Below, piece after piece: positions 15,810 to 30,319 of a stretch of DNA of 64,000 bases; the first letter of the stretch is position 1; each line of letters starts with the position of its first letter. The notes beneath the pieces were generated by a model, which worked only from the letters and a program-made list of their open reading frames with translations, was not told the DNA's origin and ran no database searches. Source of the DNA: the human T2T-CHM13v2.0 reference genome, Homo sapiens. The translations under genes and the position numbers were made by a program. The stretch lies in assembly GCF_009914755.1 (NCBI RefSeq), contig NC_060928.1, one strand, 5' to 3'.

Positions 15810-16352
15810 GAAGCTAGGGATCCTTCTTAAATGCAGAGGATATCCTGTCAGGCCCCTGCCTAATGTTATTTAATTGACTTGCTGCTGCTCAAGGACATGC
15901 ATTCACAATGTCTTGCTTCTTAACCTTGCTTATTTTGAGCCCCTTCCTTCTTGCTCATTTTGTACCTGTTCTTTGGCTTTCTTTCGTTCAGATCCTTGAA
16001 AGCTCCTTTCTGAGCTAGGACCTTTGCACGAGCTGTTTTACGGTTCCCTGGAAATCTTGACTTTCCTAACCCCTGCTCAACCTTCTGTCTTTAGCTTAAA
16101 TGTTACCTTCTCAGGGAAACCTTCCTTGTCTTTCCAGACTGATTTAGTTTTTTTCTACTAGATCCATACTTTTTTTTTCATTTATCTCAACTTTTTAAAA
16201 TTAAATAAAAATCTTTGTGTGACTGTCTAGCATTTAGCTCCTTGCTAAACTGTCAACTCCCAGGGTCAGGGAACATGTGGGAGTTTTCAACTCCGAATTC
16301 TCAACATTTTGTCTAGTGCTTTGTATAGTGGGCACTTAGCAAATATTTGCTA
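15810..16352 (+). mobile_element. L2 LINE 3' region
   Basis: gcttaaatgttaccttctcagggaaaccttcc...ctcccagggtcagggaac...aaatatttgc. Confidence 0.65.
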
Positions 16353-16819
16353 AAAAAAATACATTTAAATCTATAATTTTCATCTATAATGTGAACATTG
16401 ATATTGGAGAAATGGGTGCAAGTTGGCAAGCCAAGGTGAAATAGCGATGTTATAGTGTTCACCTATCAGCTATAGAGAGCACACAGATTTTGCAAGAAAA
16501 GCTTTTAGGTTGAACCACATGAAACTACCTATATCTGACTACTCTTGACCTACAGAAAAGGTCATTTCATGTGCCTTAATGTAATACTAAATATTATATA
16601 CTCTTTTTCTTTTGGCATCTTACTTTCAGCACCTAAAGAACTCGGTGGAACGATGAGCACTAATATGGCACCTGGCACATTGAGCACTGTATTTAATAAG
16701 CTTTTGATGGATATGAGGTTCTGGAAGTAAGAAAGAGGGAAGCTGCCAGTGTGAAGGGTATATGCAGGAAGAGGAGCTACCACAATACCTGGTAGTTGAG
16801 TGCGTGATAACACAACATC

Positions 16820-17243
16820 TGCCATAGCTTGGTTTGTTTGACCCCTCCAAATCTCATGTTGAAATTTGACCCTTAGTGTTGGAGATGGGGCCTAATGGGA
16901 GGTATTTATGTCATGGGGGCAGATCCCTGGTGAATGTCTTAGTGCCATCCTTACTGTAATGAGTGAGTTTTGCTCTTAGTCCCCTCAAAACCTGTTGTTA
17001 AAAAAAAGCCTGGCACCTCCCTTCTTTTGCTCTGGCTTTCTCTCTCACCATATGATCTCTGCACATGCTGGCTCCCCTCACCTTCTGCCATGAGTGGAAG
17101 CAGCCTGAAGCCCTCACCAGAAGCAGATGCTGGTGGCATGCTTCTTGTACAGCCTGCAAAACCATGAGCTGAATAAACCTCTTGTCTTTATGAATTACCC
17201 AGCCTCGAGTATTCCTTTATAGCAACACAAATGGACTAAGATA
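16820..17243 (+). mobile_element. MSTB-like MaLR solo LTR
   Basis: tgccatag...ccaaatctcatgttgaaat...ggactaagata; 5-bp TSD ACATC (16815-16819 and 17244-17248). Confidence 0.9.
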
Positions 17244-18239
17244 ACATCTTTGAAGCTAGTTTGCCAAAGTTATAGGAAAAAAGATGGAAAAGCAAGAGTC
17301 TCAAATAAGTTATACAGCCTCAATGAAATGATAAAGGACCATGACTTTGCATATAATGGCTTTCTGAGAAAGTTGAAATGCTAATGCCTTTCAGGCTACA
17401 GAAAAACTGACTTTGGAAAAGAATTCAGAGAAGCAAAAGAAGAAGAGATGAAAGCTTGAGTTTGTGTTTATAAGAGCAGATATGTAACCAATTTATTAGT
17501 GGAACATGTTATGGGTTATTATATCATAGGAAAATAATTATAAATATGATGTAAAATATTAATTCCTGAAAGTTTTGGAAAGTAAAATAGAATTTTTTCT
17601 GTGTAATAAGTTAGTATAATTCTTAGCCAGGATATGAGGACTATGACCTCTTATGTGCTTTTGTAGTTCTGTGATTCCATAAAAGATGTAGAAGGGAAGT
17701 AAAAAATAACATTACACATAAACTTGAACATGTTTTGTTTATCGTATATAATAATACGTGTGCTGACATTTATTTACTTTATGTTTCTTGTACATTTTAA
17801 ATATCAATCCATGCCATTTTATAGCAAAATCTTTGATTCTTCACTTCCTGTTGTGAATCAGTTCCAAGAAGGCTTTACCCTATCACTCCATTAAAGACTA
17901 TAATCTTCATCACTGTTTAGATCACCAGTGGCCACCTTCTGGCTAAATACAGTAGTAATTGGACACACAGTTGACCCTACGGACCATGCTTTCCTTCATA
18001 GAACACTTTTTAACCTGGTTGCCAGGGCTTGGTTTCTTGGTTCTCTTCCTACCTCTGGGCTGATTCTTCTTTGCCATCTTTGATAGTTTCTCCTCAACTT
18101 CCCAAACTCAAATATTTAGAAACCCTAGCACTCTGTTCTTGACCTTCCTCTCTTCTTTGCATACATTTATTAGGTTTATGACTTTCAAACTTATTTTGAT
18201 CCCTACATATAAAAAATATATTTTGCAGCATTTCCCAGC

Positions 18240-18267
18240 ACACATACACACACACACACACACACAC
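18240..18267. repeat. (CA)n microsatellite within a hAT-Charlie-like fragment
   Basis: Direct sequence. Confidence 0.85.
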
Positions 18268-18734
18268 GTGTGCACAGAATCCAAGTTCTCTTTTCTATAT
18301 CATTAAAAAATCCTCTTTATACCCACTAAATTGATTTTACTACCCACTTAGTGAGTCATGACTTGCAGTTGGAAAAACATTTTTCTAGGTGATCTCATAT
18401 AATCTCATGGCTTTAGATGCTGCATTTATTCTGATGGTACCTAAATATATAGGCATGACAGTGTGGGATAGTAAAAATGTGCATTGCATAGAAACCATAC
18501 AGCATGATCTATGTAATCAATGGGGAAAGTTATGATTGTTTCCTGATCTTTACAACTAGAAAAAATATTAAAAACTCATACTATTGTATGGCTGTGTTCC
18601 AATAAAACTTTATTTACAAAAAACAGGTGGCCAGCCCATACACTGCAGTTTGCTGAACCATGATCTAGACTATTCCAAAAACTTTTTGGAAGAATCATTT
18701 CTGGATCATCTTAGACAGAAAAATCTTTTTAATT

Positions 18735-18855
18735 ATTTAGAGATGGGCTCTTGCTATATTGCCCAGGTTTGTCTTAAACTCCTGGGCTCAAGTGATCCTC
18801 CTGCCCCAGCCTCCTGTGTAGCTGAGACTGCAGGCATGTGCCAATGTGCCTAACT
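18735..18855 (-). mobile_element. Alu monomer (FLAM-like)
   Basis: gagatgggctcttgctatattgcccagg...ctcctgggctcaagtgatcctcc. Confidence 0.8.
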
Positions 18856-19539
18856 GAAGAAAAATAGTTTTAAAATAAATCTTTTCTTTAAGGAAAAAGC
18901 TTTTGTAGAGTCGAAGAGGAAAAGCTTCTACTTTGCCCTCTAAAGGTTTACCGAAAACCACTGAACAAAAGGCAGATTACTAAGAAAAAAAGGCATGCAA
19001 AATTTATTTAATGTGCATAAGCACAGGAGACTTGGAGGATTACCCAGTGAAGTCTAGGTGCTTATATATCCTTCTTCATAGGGAAGTGTGAAAGTGAGAT
19101 CCTGGGGAACTAGTCATGAGGACTGCTGTTCTCTATGTTGTCTCCTTTCTCAGACAGGTCCTTCTCTCAGAAGAATAAATTCCCACAAAAGTCCTTAATT
19201 GAGTGTTATTGGTCTGGCTGGGGTCACATGCTCATATCTGAAACAGTTGCTGAGGTCAGAGATGAAGAATAGTGATTCTAAGCCCTGGGTCAGATGGACT
19301 GAGAGTGAAGAAGAAAATCATGATGCCGTGCCTCAATGCAGGAGAAATTAATTCTGGTTCAGCAAAAGCTTCACATGTCCCCTCTGGACACCATTTAAGT
19401 AATATTTTCAGCATATTTTTTCAGAGCCTGCGTCCTGTATTAAATCAGCTCCGTTCTGTCATTGTCCCAGATCCTGTATCTGCAACTGAGTTTCTTGTTG
19501 TCAAAGGGAATGGAAGTTGAAAGGGGATTAAAGTGAAAC

Positions 19540-20700
19540 CCTTTGGGTCAAACACTTATTAAACAGCAGCTCAGGCAGTCTGCCAGATCCTGAAGAGATA
19601 AAGATGAAGAGGGAAGGCACAGTTGTGGCTCTTGAGATCATTATATCTAATGACCTCAATTAGATATAATGAAATGAGGACATATAAATATGCAAATTCA
19701 GGACAATATAATATTTGCTATGATATCCTCATGCATTGGGTATGATGGGAGGAAAGACAGTCAGCCAATCTGGGAGCAGTCTGGGAGCAGAGCGTGGGGT
19801 GTGGAGAGAATTCAGGGAAGGTGTTCTAGAGGAGCTAACATCTGAGCTGAATCTTGAAGTTTGAGTAAGAGTTTCTGGATGTAGAAGGGGAGGCATCTAG
19901 GCAGAAGGAACAGAATGAACGCACATATGGAGAGGAGACAGAGCATGGTGTGTGACGAGCTGCTGATAATTTAACATTGCTTCAGGATGAGGTGTGAATC
20001 AGAAAGTGTCTGGAGGGGTGGAAGAGACTAGATGTTGGCACTCAACATAAGTTGCCTAGTGTTTAGATTAAGTTCAGATATGAATGAATTTAGACTTTAT
20101 CCTGTGAGAATTAAGGAGATCTTGAAGGCGCTTACTTAGGGGAAGGATATCTGTGGATGAATATTTTAGAAAAATCACTCTGGCGATTGTGTGGAGGAGG
20201 CAAGATCAGTTCTGGAGGTGGGAGGACAGACAGTTTAGGAGACTATTTTAACAGACCCAGTGGGAGATGATGAGGGTAGTGGATGGGAGAATGTTCAGAA
20301 GGGAATGAGTATGAGCAATACTGGCGAAGTTTGATAAATGGAGTTATGTGAGGGAGTTGTTTTGCAGCACGGGGCTTTCCTGGATATGAGTCCTCAGGTT
20401 AGGAAGGCCATTTTGGTCTAGAGAAAGTGACAGGTATATTTGGTAGTACAAAAAAGCCTTTGAGGAAAGAGTAGGGGAAACAATTGGTCATCTATCCTTC
20501 TTTATTTGAGGCACAATTTCCCCCTCCACTGGTGTATTTTATCAACATGTATTCATTGAGAATCTTCTATATGATTGTCACTGTGCTGAGATTCTAACTA
20601 TGAACAAAGCGATCATAACCCTTGCTCCTGGGTCCTACAGTTTAGTGGGAAAGACAAATGGATAATTTGAATGGGTCATTTCAAACACGATGAGTGTTAC
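19540..20700 (-). mobile_element. L2 fragments
   Basis: tcagggaagg...tgagctgaatcttgaag...aggcagaaggaacag; ttagaaaaatcactctggc; cattgagaatcttctatatg. Boundaries approximate. Confidence 0.6.
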
Positions 20701-23156
20701 AAAGTCACTAAAATTAACATGGTTTTAAAAAGATGAAACAGATCTAATGCAGTGGAAGAGTTCATCGTGACTTCCAGGCTAGTGGGTAGTAAGGATTGTA
20801 AAGGCTAATGCCAGCTTCTTTGACTGGGGCAATACTTTATATGGACTGATTTTGGATTTCTTGGCACTCATGGACTGTAGAGTTTGTAGTAGAGTTTCAA
20901 GAGTGCTTGCGCAAAGGATGTGCACGGATGGCAAAAATCAGAGGTAGAGATGCATAGTTCACCTCTAGTTCTAAGGCTGGCCCCTTTAATATTGGGCAGG
21001 CCAGTAGAAATGCAGATTTGGTGCAAAGCTTCATATCTGTCCTGGTGTTTTAAAAGAGTAAGTGTTTCCAAAGGTGTCTGATTTTCAGTCAGGAAGAAGC
21101 TTAAACCTTCAGAGATTCTGTCTCTTATAATTCTGGCTTAGAAAAAAGGGAATAATGAGAAACACTTCATTTGCCTTGTTCATTGAAGATGCTTTTGGAT
21201 AAATAATCTAGCATCATGTTTGAAAAACCGACCAACCAACCAACCAAACCAATGTTAACAAGAACAATAGCAAAACAAGAATAACAACGTAAAAAGCAGT
21301 TGTCTAATAATTCCCAAAAGGTGGCCTTGGGTTGAGCCAACTTTAAAATTTAGTAAGGCAGCAAAAAGATCACGTGAAAGAGAAATGGATAAGGTAGAAG
21401 AAGATGGTGGGGAGGGGGAATAGAATTAACTGTGAAAGGAGAGTAGACTGTGTCTTTATTGTTGGTCATTCTGATTTATAAGTCAACAGAAATTCATTTC
21501 CTAGTTAAATTGTTAGAAATAAATTATTCATGGAAGAGCCATCTGTGTTCTCTATTGCCAATTTCTCCACATAAAAGGAACAATGTGTTGTGGCAGAAGT
21601 CGGCTGAAGCTTTTTTTTTTTTTAATGTGACTCATGTCACTTTGAAGATTTACTTTACTTTCAAACTTATATCTCAGTTCTCAGTGTGACAGGAGGTTCA
21701 TGTTACATTTCTTCCTCTTACAAAAAATCCAGAGAGACTTCTAATCAAAGAATTATATTGATACTAATGAGAAAATATATATTTACGGTTGCTGCTAGAC
21801 ATTTCTATATATAAAAGATAGGGGCAGCAGACTGATTGGAAGAGGGGAGCAGTTTACAACAAATAGAGCAAATGTCAACATTCTGGATAAAATCATGTTG
21901 AGGCAATCAAGGAACCGATAGCATGATGAGAGGGCTAAAGCACTCCCCAGATCAGCTCGTGAGCCCATTAAATGAACAAAATGCAATTCCCTTGTTTATG
22001 AAGTTTATTTCTCTGTTTTCTATAATTTTTTGTTTAGCTTTTAATACCTTAGCTCAAAGATCATCATTTGCATAGTGCAATTATATTGTTACATAGCTTT
22101 GCATTAGATATCCATATCAGCCTTTCTTGCCTTCTTCAGTTTTTCCTACTATAAACATTGTGCATGTGTGTGTGTTTTTCTGTTTTTACTCTCTGTGTAT
22201 CCTTTCTAGGTTCCCAACATGCCGCTCCTGCTGTGAAGGCTTTAACCAGAAAAACTCCTAATGTTCTTCTGCCAGGGATATATCAGTGGGAGGCAGGAAG
22301 AATGGTGGTTTTAAAGTTCATCTTCATTATTATAGAAAATAACTTTGGCTCTTTACTTATCTAGAAGTTAGATCAGTTTGAACTGAGCCCCTTGTAATAT
22401 AGATGTTGGCAATATGGAAGTGTACCAAAGTATTCATTTGCAGAGAAATTAATCAAAGATAAGTTTCAGAATCCCCTTAGCTGCTGCTGCTGCTCTCACA
22501 ACCCCACCCCCCCCCACACACACAAGCTGTGGTTTCTGGAACAGTGGTCTGGTGTGCAGGATTTGGAAAAATGCCACTGATTTCATGATTCATATGCACA
22601 CCATGGAAATAAACAAGAGCAAACTTCTATAATAATTTAGGTACTTTAAGTCTTATCCACTTTGTGGGATTTTTTCCTCGTACCTTCCCAACTGAGTTCC
22701 TGTAGCCCTATATGAACATTAGCATCATTGCTGGGAGAATTCCAAGGAGTGAGTCAGAAAATACCACCTCTGCCCCTATGTCACCGATTTGGAAATATTT
22801 GCCTTGAGGGGTTGTCCTCAGTGACTTCTGAGTCCTTGATAGACACTAACTAATTAGCACTTGAAAACTGCCTCCGAGACCTGGAACTTGTTGGTTGCCA
22901 GAGAGGCTGGTGTGCTCCTTCTTTCATGTGCAGCATTAGCAAATGCCGGTGTGGTATGAATCTTAAAAATTCAGCTCTGACAATCTAATCTCAATAATGA
23001 AAGTATAAAAACGCTATTGCATCAATGGAAATGCAGATGTCACTGGGTGGCAAATGCATCAGTACAAAGGCACATCCAAAGGGAGGCAAAGTCGGAGACG
23101 TGCAGGTGCTGAGTTAGATCCTGACTGCACACCTGGACCTTTACAGCAGTATTCCC

Positions 23157-23280
23157 AGGGGGTGACCACATGTTTGGGTTTGCTCAGGATGGCCCCATTT
23201 ATGACTGTTTCCCTGGCAGAATTAATCGTCGAGACCCCGTTCACTCTCAAGAATCTTGATTTGATTGTTAATCTGATGAA
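23157..23280. mobile_element. MER81-like hAT-Blackjack MITE
   Basis: cagggggtgaccacatg...ggtttgc...ccccgttcactctcaa. Confidence 0.6.
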
Positions 23281-24071
23281 CAGTGAAAGTGTTTTCAATG
23301 GCTCAAATAGCATAAAGAAACCCAGAGTATCTGGAGAATGAAGCAATTTGAGGAAGTGGCTCCTATAGATCCTGAACTCCTTAACAGGCCAGATTAATAG
23401 CACTTGGTGGACCTTGGCTTTCCTGTGACATAGTACGTCCCAGTGACTCCATTTGCTACAGAGTGGAGCCATCATTTGAATTTCCATCACGGCCTGTCTC
23501 TGGAGCAGACCACTGTGGTACTGGGGTTTTGGGGGCTCTCTCAAGCCAGCTTCATAGACTCGCTAACCTTATTTTACAAGTAGCATTCTAGAACCAGTCA
23601 TTATAACTTTCAGGGTGGGCATTTTCCATGAGATCCTGGTTCCAATTACGCCTAATTATTTGTTATGTCCTATTTGGGTTTTCTTTTTACAGATCTTTAA
23701 GAAATTTTCCTTTGGCTCTGAGTTGAGTCAAAATGTTGAGTTCAACTTTCATCCTAAGCAAGATAGAGGGCATGAATTATGGTTGAGGACTTATGCATAT
23801 TTTGACCAAATGAAAATGACCACTGTTGCTCCAGCCCAATTGCTGCTACTCTAGATTGTGAATGCAGATATAGTCAAAATGACTTTGGTAAATGCTTCTA
23901 ATCATGACTGATTATCTTTTTGGCTGGTAGAGGAAGTAGGAATGCATTCATATTTTGTATGAAAGGTAGCGTTCTTTTTGTAAATTCTTGCTATTTAAAT
24001 AACTTTTTGGGTTTGTCAAAACCTTTTCAAATTTTTCCAGTTAAAGTTTCTTCCTACAGCAAGACGGTGAG

Positions 24072-24397
24072 TTTGTTTTTTTTTTTTTGTTTTTTTTTTG
24101 TTTTTTTTTTTTTGAGACAGGGTCTAGCTCTGTCACCCAGGCTGGAGTGCAGGAGTGTGATCATGGCTGACTGCAGCCTTGAACTTCTGGGCTCAAGCAA
24201 TCCTCCCACCTTGGCCTCCTGAGTAGCTGGGACTACAGGTGGATGCTACCATGCCCAGCTAATTTTGTAATTCTTTTGTACAGACAGAGTCTTGCGATGT
24301 TGCCCAGGCTAGTCTTGAACTCCTCGGTTCAAGTGATCCTCCTGCCTCAGCCTCTCAAAGTGTTGGGATTACAGGCATGAACCACTGTACCCAGCCT
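24072..24397 (-). mobile_element. AluJ
   Basis: Antisense Alu with a long T tail; degenerate TSD agcaa..c..tgagttt. Confidence 0.9.
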
Positions 24398-24607
24398 AGC
24401 AAAACATTGAGTTTTTATACCAAAAATATACAGCAGCTCGTGCTAGTGTATCCACAGTACTACTTCCATATTTCCTTCTGATATTCCTCAAACTTATCTT
24501 CTTGAGATGGGAATAAACTCAACATACAGGAAGTTCATACAAAAGTGCTAAATTCAGTTTCCAGATTATAACAAGGCCCCATAAACATCAAAACATCAGA
24601 GGTTGAT

Positions 24608-24790
24608 CTGTGCTGTTCAATATGCTACCCACATATAGCTATTTAAATTTAAATTAATTAAAATTAAGAATAAATAAAAATCCAGTTCCTCAGTTGCACT
24701 ACCCACATTTCAAGTGCTCAAATGTTATTTCCCGGGACAGTACAGAGAGAGAAAATTGCCACCACTGCAGAAAGTTCTACTGGAGAGTAA
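24608..24790. mobile_element. MER3-like hAT-Charlie
   Basis: gctatttaaatttaaattaattaaaattaa...cagttcctcagttgcacta...cacatttcaagtgctcaa...gcagaaagttcta. Confidence 0.8.
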
Positions 24791-25443
24791 TGGTGTAGGA
24801 ACAGGCAGACCTTATATAAAACAATCCTTTTATTTTCTGGTGAAAATGGAATTGAGCCAACCTTTCATGCGTTCCTAGTTCTGATTCTGTGCCATTAAGT
24901 CAGAGCACTATGAGAATCCCTATATTACCTTGAGGAAGAACAGTGAAAATTTACAGTGCTGCAGCTGTCCCAGAATTCAGAACCCATGATCTAGGAGACT
25001 TTAGATTTCATGAAAGTAAGGTCTAAGCTTACCCTGTTTTTCACTGCAATCCCAGGGTCTGGCACATAGTAGACTTTCAATAAACACTTGTGTAATGAAT
25101 AGTTGAGGGAACCCAGCAAGGACCCATTAAAAGGGCCTAACTACAAAAACACGGGCATCTCTTGGGGTTTGGATCATTTTTGAGGGTTCCCTGGGAATCA
25201 TGCGAAGGGGCAGGCAGTAGCCATTGGAGATTTCTCCTTTGTAGAAGCCACAGCACAGCATAGGGCAAATGGCATTTGCTGAGTAGCTTCTCCTTTTTCT
25301 TCTCTTTCTTCTCTGTCTCCTCTCCTTCTCATCTCCCTATTCCAACATCCTATCAAATTGCTAATTCTGTGGAGCATTTATTAAATGCCAGCCACTATTC
25401 TAAGGTCCTTTAATAGATTATTTCATCTTCCCAGTGATTCTAT

Positions 25444-26210
25444 TGTATTGCTTTGCTAAGGCTACCATAACAAAATACCACAGACTGGGTAGCTTTAACC
25501 ACAAACATTTATTTTTTCACAGTTCTGGAGACTGGAAGTCTGAGATCAAAGGCAGGCAGGTTTGTTTTCTCCTGAGGCCTCTCTCCTTGGCTTGCAGATG
25601 GCCGCCTCCTCACTGTATCCTCACATGGCCCTTTCTGTGTATCTGCATCACTAGTGTCTCTTTCTGTGTCCAATTTTCTCTTCTTATAAGGACACCAGTC
25701 AGGTTGGATTAGGTGCATCCCAATAGCCTCATTTTAACTTAACTGCCTATGTAAAGGCCTTATCTTCAAATACAGTCACATGCTGAGGTACTGGGGGATA
25801 AGGCTTTGCTATGGTCTGAATGTTTGTGTTCTCCCAAAAGTAATTTGTTGAAAACCTAATTGCCAATGTGATGGCATGAGGGGAAGGGCCTTTGGGAGGT
25901 GATTTGTACATGATGGCTGAATCCTTATGAATGGGATTAGTGCCCTTACAATGAGACCCCAGAGAGTTGCCTTTTCCATCACATGAGGACACAGCCAGAA
26001 GGTACCATCTACGAACCATAAAGGGGGCCTTTAGCAAACGCCGGCTCTGCCAGTGCCTTGACCTTGGCCATCCTAGCATTCTGAACTGTGAGAAATTCAT
26101 TTCTCTTATTTATCAGTTACGCAGTTTATGGTGTTTGTTGTAACAGCCTGAATGGACCAAGCCAGGCGTCAACATATGAATTTTGAGGGTGCACGATTTA
26201 GCCCGTAACA
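25444..26210 (-). mobile_element. MLT1A/B LTR (host of a nested LTR), itself inside a MIR
   Basis: tgtattg...cccgtaaca; near-TSD TCTAT/CCTAT; MIR sequence on both sides (about 25375-25443 and 26211-26360). Confidence 0.85.
25807..26164 (+). mobile_element. MLT1A0/MSTD-like LTR nested in opposite orientation
   Basis: tgctatggtctgaatgtttgtg...gaatggaccaagcca; near-TSD GGCTT/GGCGT. Confidence 0.85.
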
Positions 26211-26432
26211 CCTATAAAGTCGGTGTTATTATTAGTCCCACATTATAGTAGAGGAAACTGAGGCATGGAGTAACCTTGCCCAAAGTTTAACAGCTGGTAA
26301 ATGATGTAACACAGATAGACATCTCACCAGTCTGACTTCAAAGCTTGCATTTTTAACCATTAGAAGGGGTACTGCATTTTCTTAAATTGGCAACACATTT
26401 GGGTTTGAAACTAATTAGAAAAAGATATCATT

Positions 26433-26575
26433 GACCAGGCGCAGTGGCTCACGCCTGTAATCCTAACACTTTGGGAGGCCAAGGCAGGCGAATTGCCTGA
26501 GCTCAGGCATTCGAGACCAGCCTGGGCAACATGATGAAACCACATCTCTACTGAAAAAAAAAATTAAAAAAGAAA
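26433..26575 (+). mobile_element. Alu left-arm monomer with its own tail
   Basis: TSD AGAAAAAGATATCA on both sides. Confidence 0.88.
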
Positions 26576-27002
26576 AGAAAAAGATATCACCATGAGAGGT
26601 AGATCATTGCAGCATTGGAGGTGATCTGCCTCCCCAGGTGGGGAGACTGTGTACAGCTATTGCTGCCCCAGCTTCTGCCGTTCTTCATATGCTTGTCAAC
26701 TGCACTGTCTCCAAAGTTCCTACCAGCTCAGCCATATTCTTCCTCCCTGCCCTCAATGCGTCTTCCCCAGTTTTATCTGGGAGTGAAACTTGTGGTGGTT
26801 AGAGAGATTCATCTTGGGCTGTGGCAATCTTCAGTTGCACAAACCGTGTGAATTACAGGATGGCCGGAGCAACTGAAGGGCCAGATCCCTAGTCATTGCA
26901 AGTCGGATAGCTTTCTCTCTAGTTACTTTGTTTTGTAATACTAATAAGAATAAAAATTATTTTAACTTCTTCCATATGTATTATTCCATTCTCTTTCTTC
27001 TT

Positions 27003-27288
27003 ATTTTTTTAAATTTTTTTTGAGATGGAGTCTTGCTCTGTCACCTAAGCTGGAGTGCAGTGGCACGAACTTGGCTTACTGCAACCTCTGCCTCCTGGGT
27101 TCAAGCCATTCTCCTGCCTCAGCCTCCCAGGTAGCTAGGATTACAGGCATGCACCACCACACTTGGCTAATTTTTGTATTTTTATAGACACGAGGTTTTG
27201 CCCTGTTGGCTGGGCTGGTCTCGAACTCATGACCTCATGTGATCTGCCCGCCTCGAACTCCCAAAGTGCTGGGTGTACATGTGTGAGC
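27003..27288 (-). mobile_element. AluS
   Basis: TSD ATTCTCTTTCTTCT. Confidence 0.9.
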
Positions 27289-27519
27289 TATTCTCTTTCT
27301 TCTAAAAATATGTAAATTTATTTTCCCTTTTTTTGTTTTTTTTTTCTTTTAGGCACAGCAGAATTTATTCTACTTTATTGGTATTTTTTTGTTTTATTGG
27401 TGTTATTTATCCTTCATACCGCATATTTAATTGTTTTTTAAAATACTAATTTCGCTTTTAGCTTTTAAAATTTCTACTCCTACCTTCTTTTGGCTGGTTT
27501 TGGTATTTTCTTTGAATTT

Positions 27520-28910
27520 GAAAAAATGAAAGAAATGACAAAGAAAGTTAACAGCTTTTAAAAATAATGGCAATAACAAGTTAGATACAGAAGTAGAAAA
27601 ATGTTCTTTTCACAATTGTATAGCCAGGAATAGATTTAACAAAAAAGGTGCAACTCCCACATGAAGAAAGATGTACTTATTGACAGGACTTGAATAAATA
27701 CAAATTAAATTCACAAGAAGATGTAAAATCATGAAAATAACAGTTCTTCCAAAATTAATATTTGACTTAATAAAATTCCAACCAGAATTTTATTTTTTTA
27801 AGCAAAAATATTATTTTCGGTTCATTTGAAATAATAAATGTTTTAGAATTCCAGAAAATATGTTAGAAAAGAGACTTATATTGGAGCACTAGTCCTACTG
27901 GCTATTAATACATGGTTCTAAGATTCTTTTAGCAAAACAGCTTGATATGAAGTCTGGAAAAAAGCAGCTATTATAATAGAATAAAGTCCAGAAATAGATT
28001 AAAGTATAGATGGAAACCTAATTTATGATAAAGGTAGAATTTAAATTCAGAGGGAAAACGATGTTGGTGTAATTGGCTTCTAGGTAGAATAAGATAAAAT
28101 GAAACCACAAATTCACACCATGTATATATAAAATATACATGTGAGGTGGAATAAATACTGAAATGTCAAAATCAGAATATAAAATAATAGAAGAAAAATT
28201 TTGATTATATTTAGTTTTTCTTTAAAAACAGGAAAAATCCATAAGCCATTTAAGAAGAGTTGGATAGTTTTCACTAACAAAATTATAAATTTCTGTGTTG
28301 AAAAATGCACAACATAAAGTAAGAAATACAAGTTTAGACTGAGAAAATATTTCCAATACTGCATTATAAACAAAAGTGTAATGTACTTATACAATGAGAC
28401 TTAATAAAGCATTAAGAAACATAGAAACAACAGGCAAAGCATAAGATTTGGCAAGATACATTGGATGGAATGCAGATGGCCAATAAATGTATGAAAAATG
28501 TTTAACTTTTTAAATAAAAGAAATACAAATTAGAGTTTTTGTTTTGCTTTGTTTTGTTTGTTTTGAGACAGGGTCTTGCTCTGTCACCCAGGTTGGAGTG
28601 CAGTGGCGTGATCACGACTCCTGAACTCAAGTGATCCACCTGCCTCAGCCTCCCAAAGTGCTGGGATTACAGGCATGAGCCACTGCGCCCGGCCTAGAGT
28701 TATTTTCTAATAGTTTGGAAAAAATAATAATTTTTATTGCTGGCCTTAGAATGAGTAAACAAACCCTTTCACACATTACGAAGGGGGGTGTGAATTGCTA
28801 CAATTGTTTTGGGAAAAGCTATTGAAATATAAAATTCATATTCTCCTCAAATCAACAACACTGCTGTTAGAAATCTTACCTACTGAAATGAAAGCACAAG
28901 TATGTATTGA
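27520..28910 (+). mobile_element. Old L1 (L1M/ME) ORF2-3' remnant
   Basis: A-rich; cagttcttccaaaattaata...agtccagaaatag...cagatggccaataaa...atgaaaaatgtttaact. Confidence 0.7.
28538..28694 (-). mobile_element. Internally deleted Alu (arm fusion)
   Basis: Right-arm end joined to left-arm start; TSD TAGAGTT. Confidence 0.85.
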
Positions 28911-28914
28911 TAAA

Positions 28915-30044
<1,130 letters not shown>

Positions 30045-30319
30045 TACATTGATTTTACTAAATATATGCATGTATATATACATATGTACATATCCACAAG
30101 GATGTTTATTGCCTTTTCAGAAGGTTCATCAATAGGAGAGAGGTAAAAATTATTGTGTATTTATAAAAGGAATTGTTACCCACTATTATAAAGAATAAGA
30201 TCTAAGTGTGTTGACCTATAGAGGGGTAGAGAGAGGAAAGGAGATTATGAACTTTTCAAAAATAAAACTTCAGATAATTTTGTTTGTCACAGGAGAATGC
30301 ATTACTTTTCATATTAATT

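Noticed and set aside
21920-22020. ATGATGA as a C/D snoRNA C box
   Set aside because: No suitably placed CTGA D box or terminal stem.
23059-23544. 161-aa minus-strand ORF
   Set aside because: Overlaps a MER81-like MITE, has a non-ATG start and no recognisable homology.
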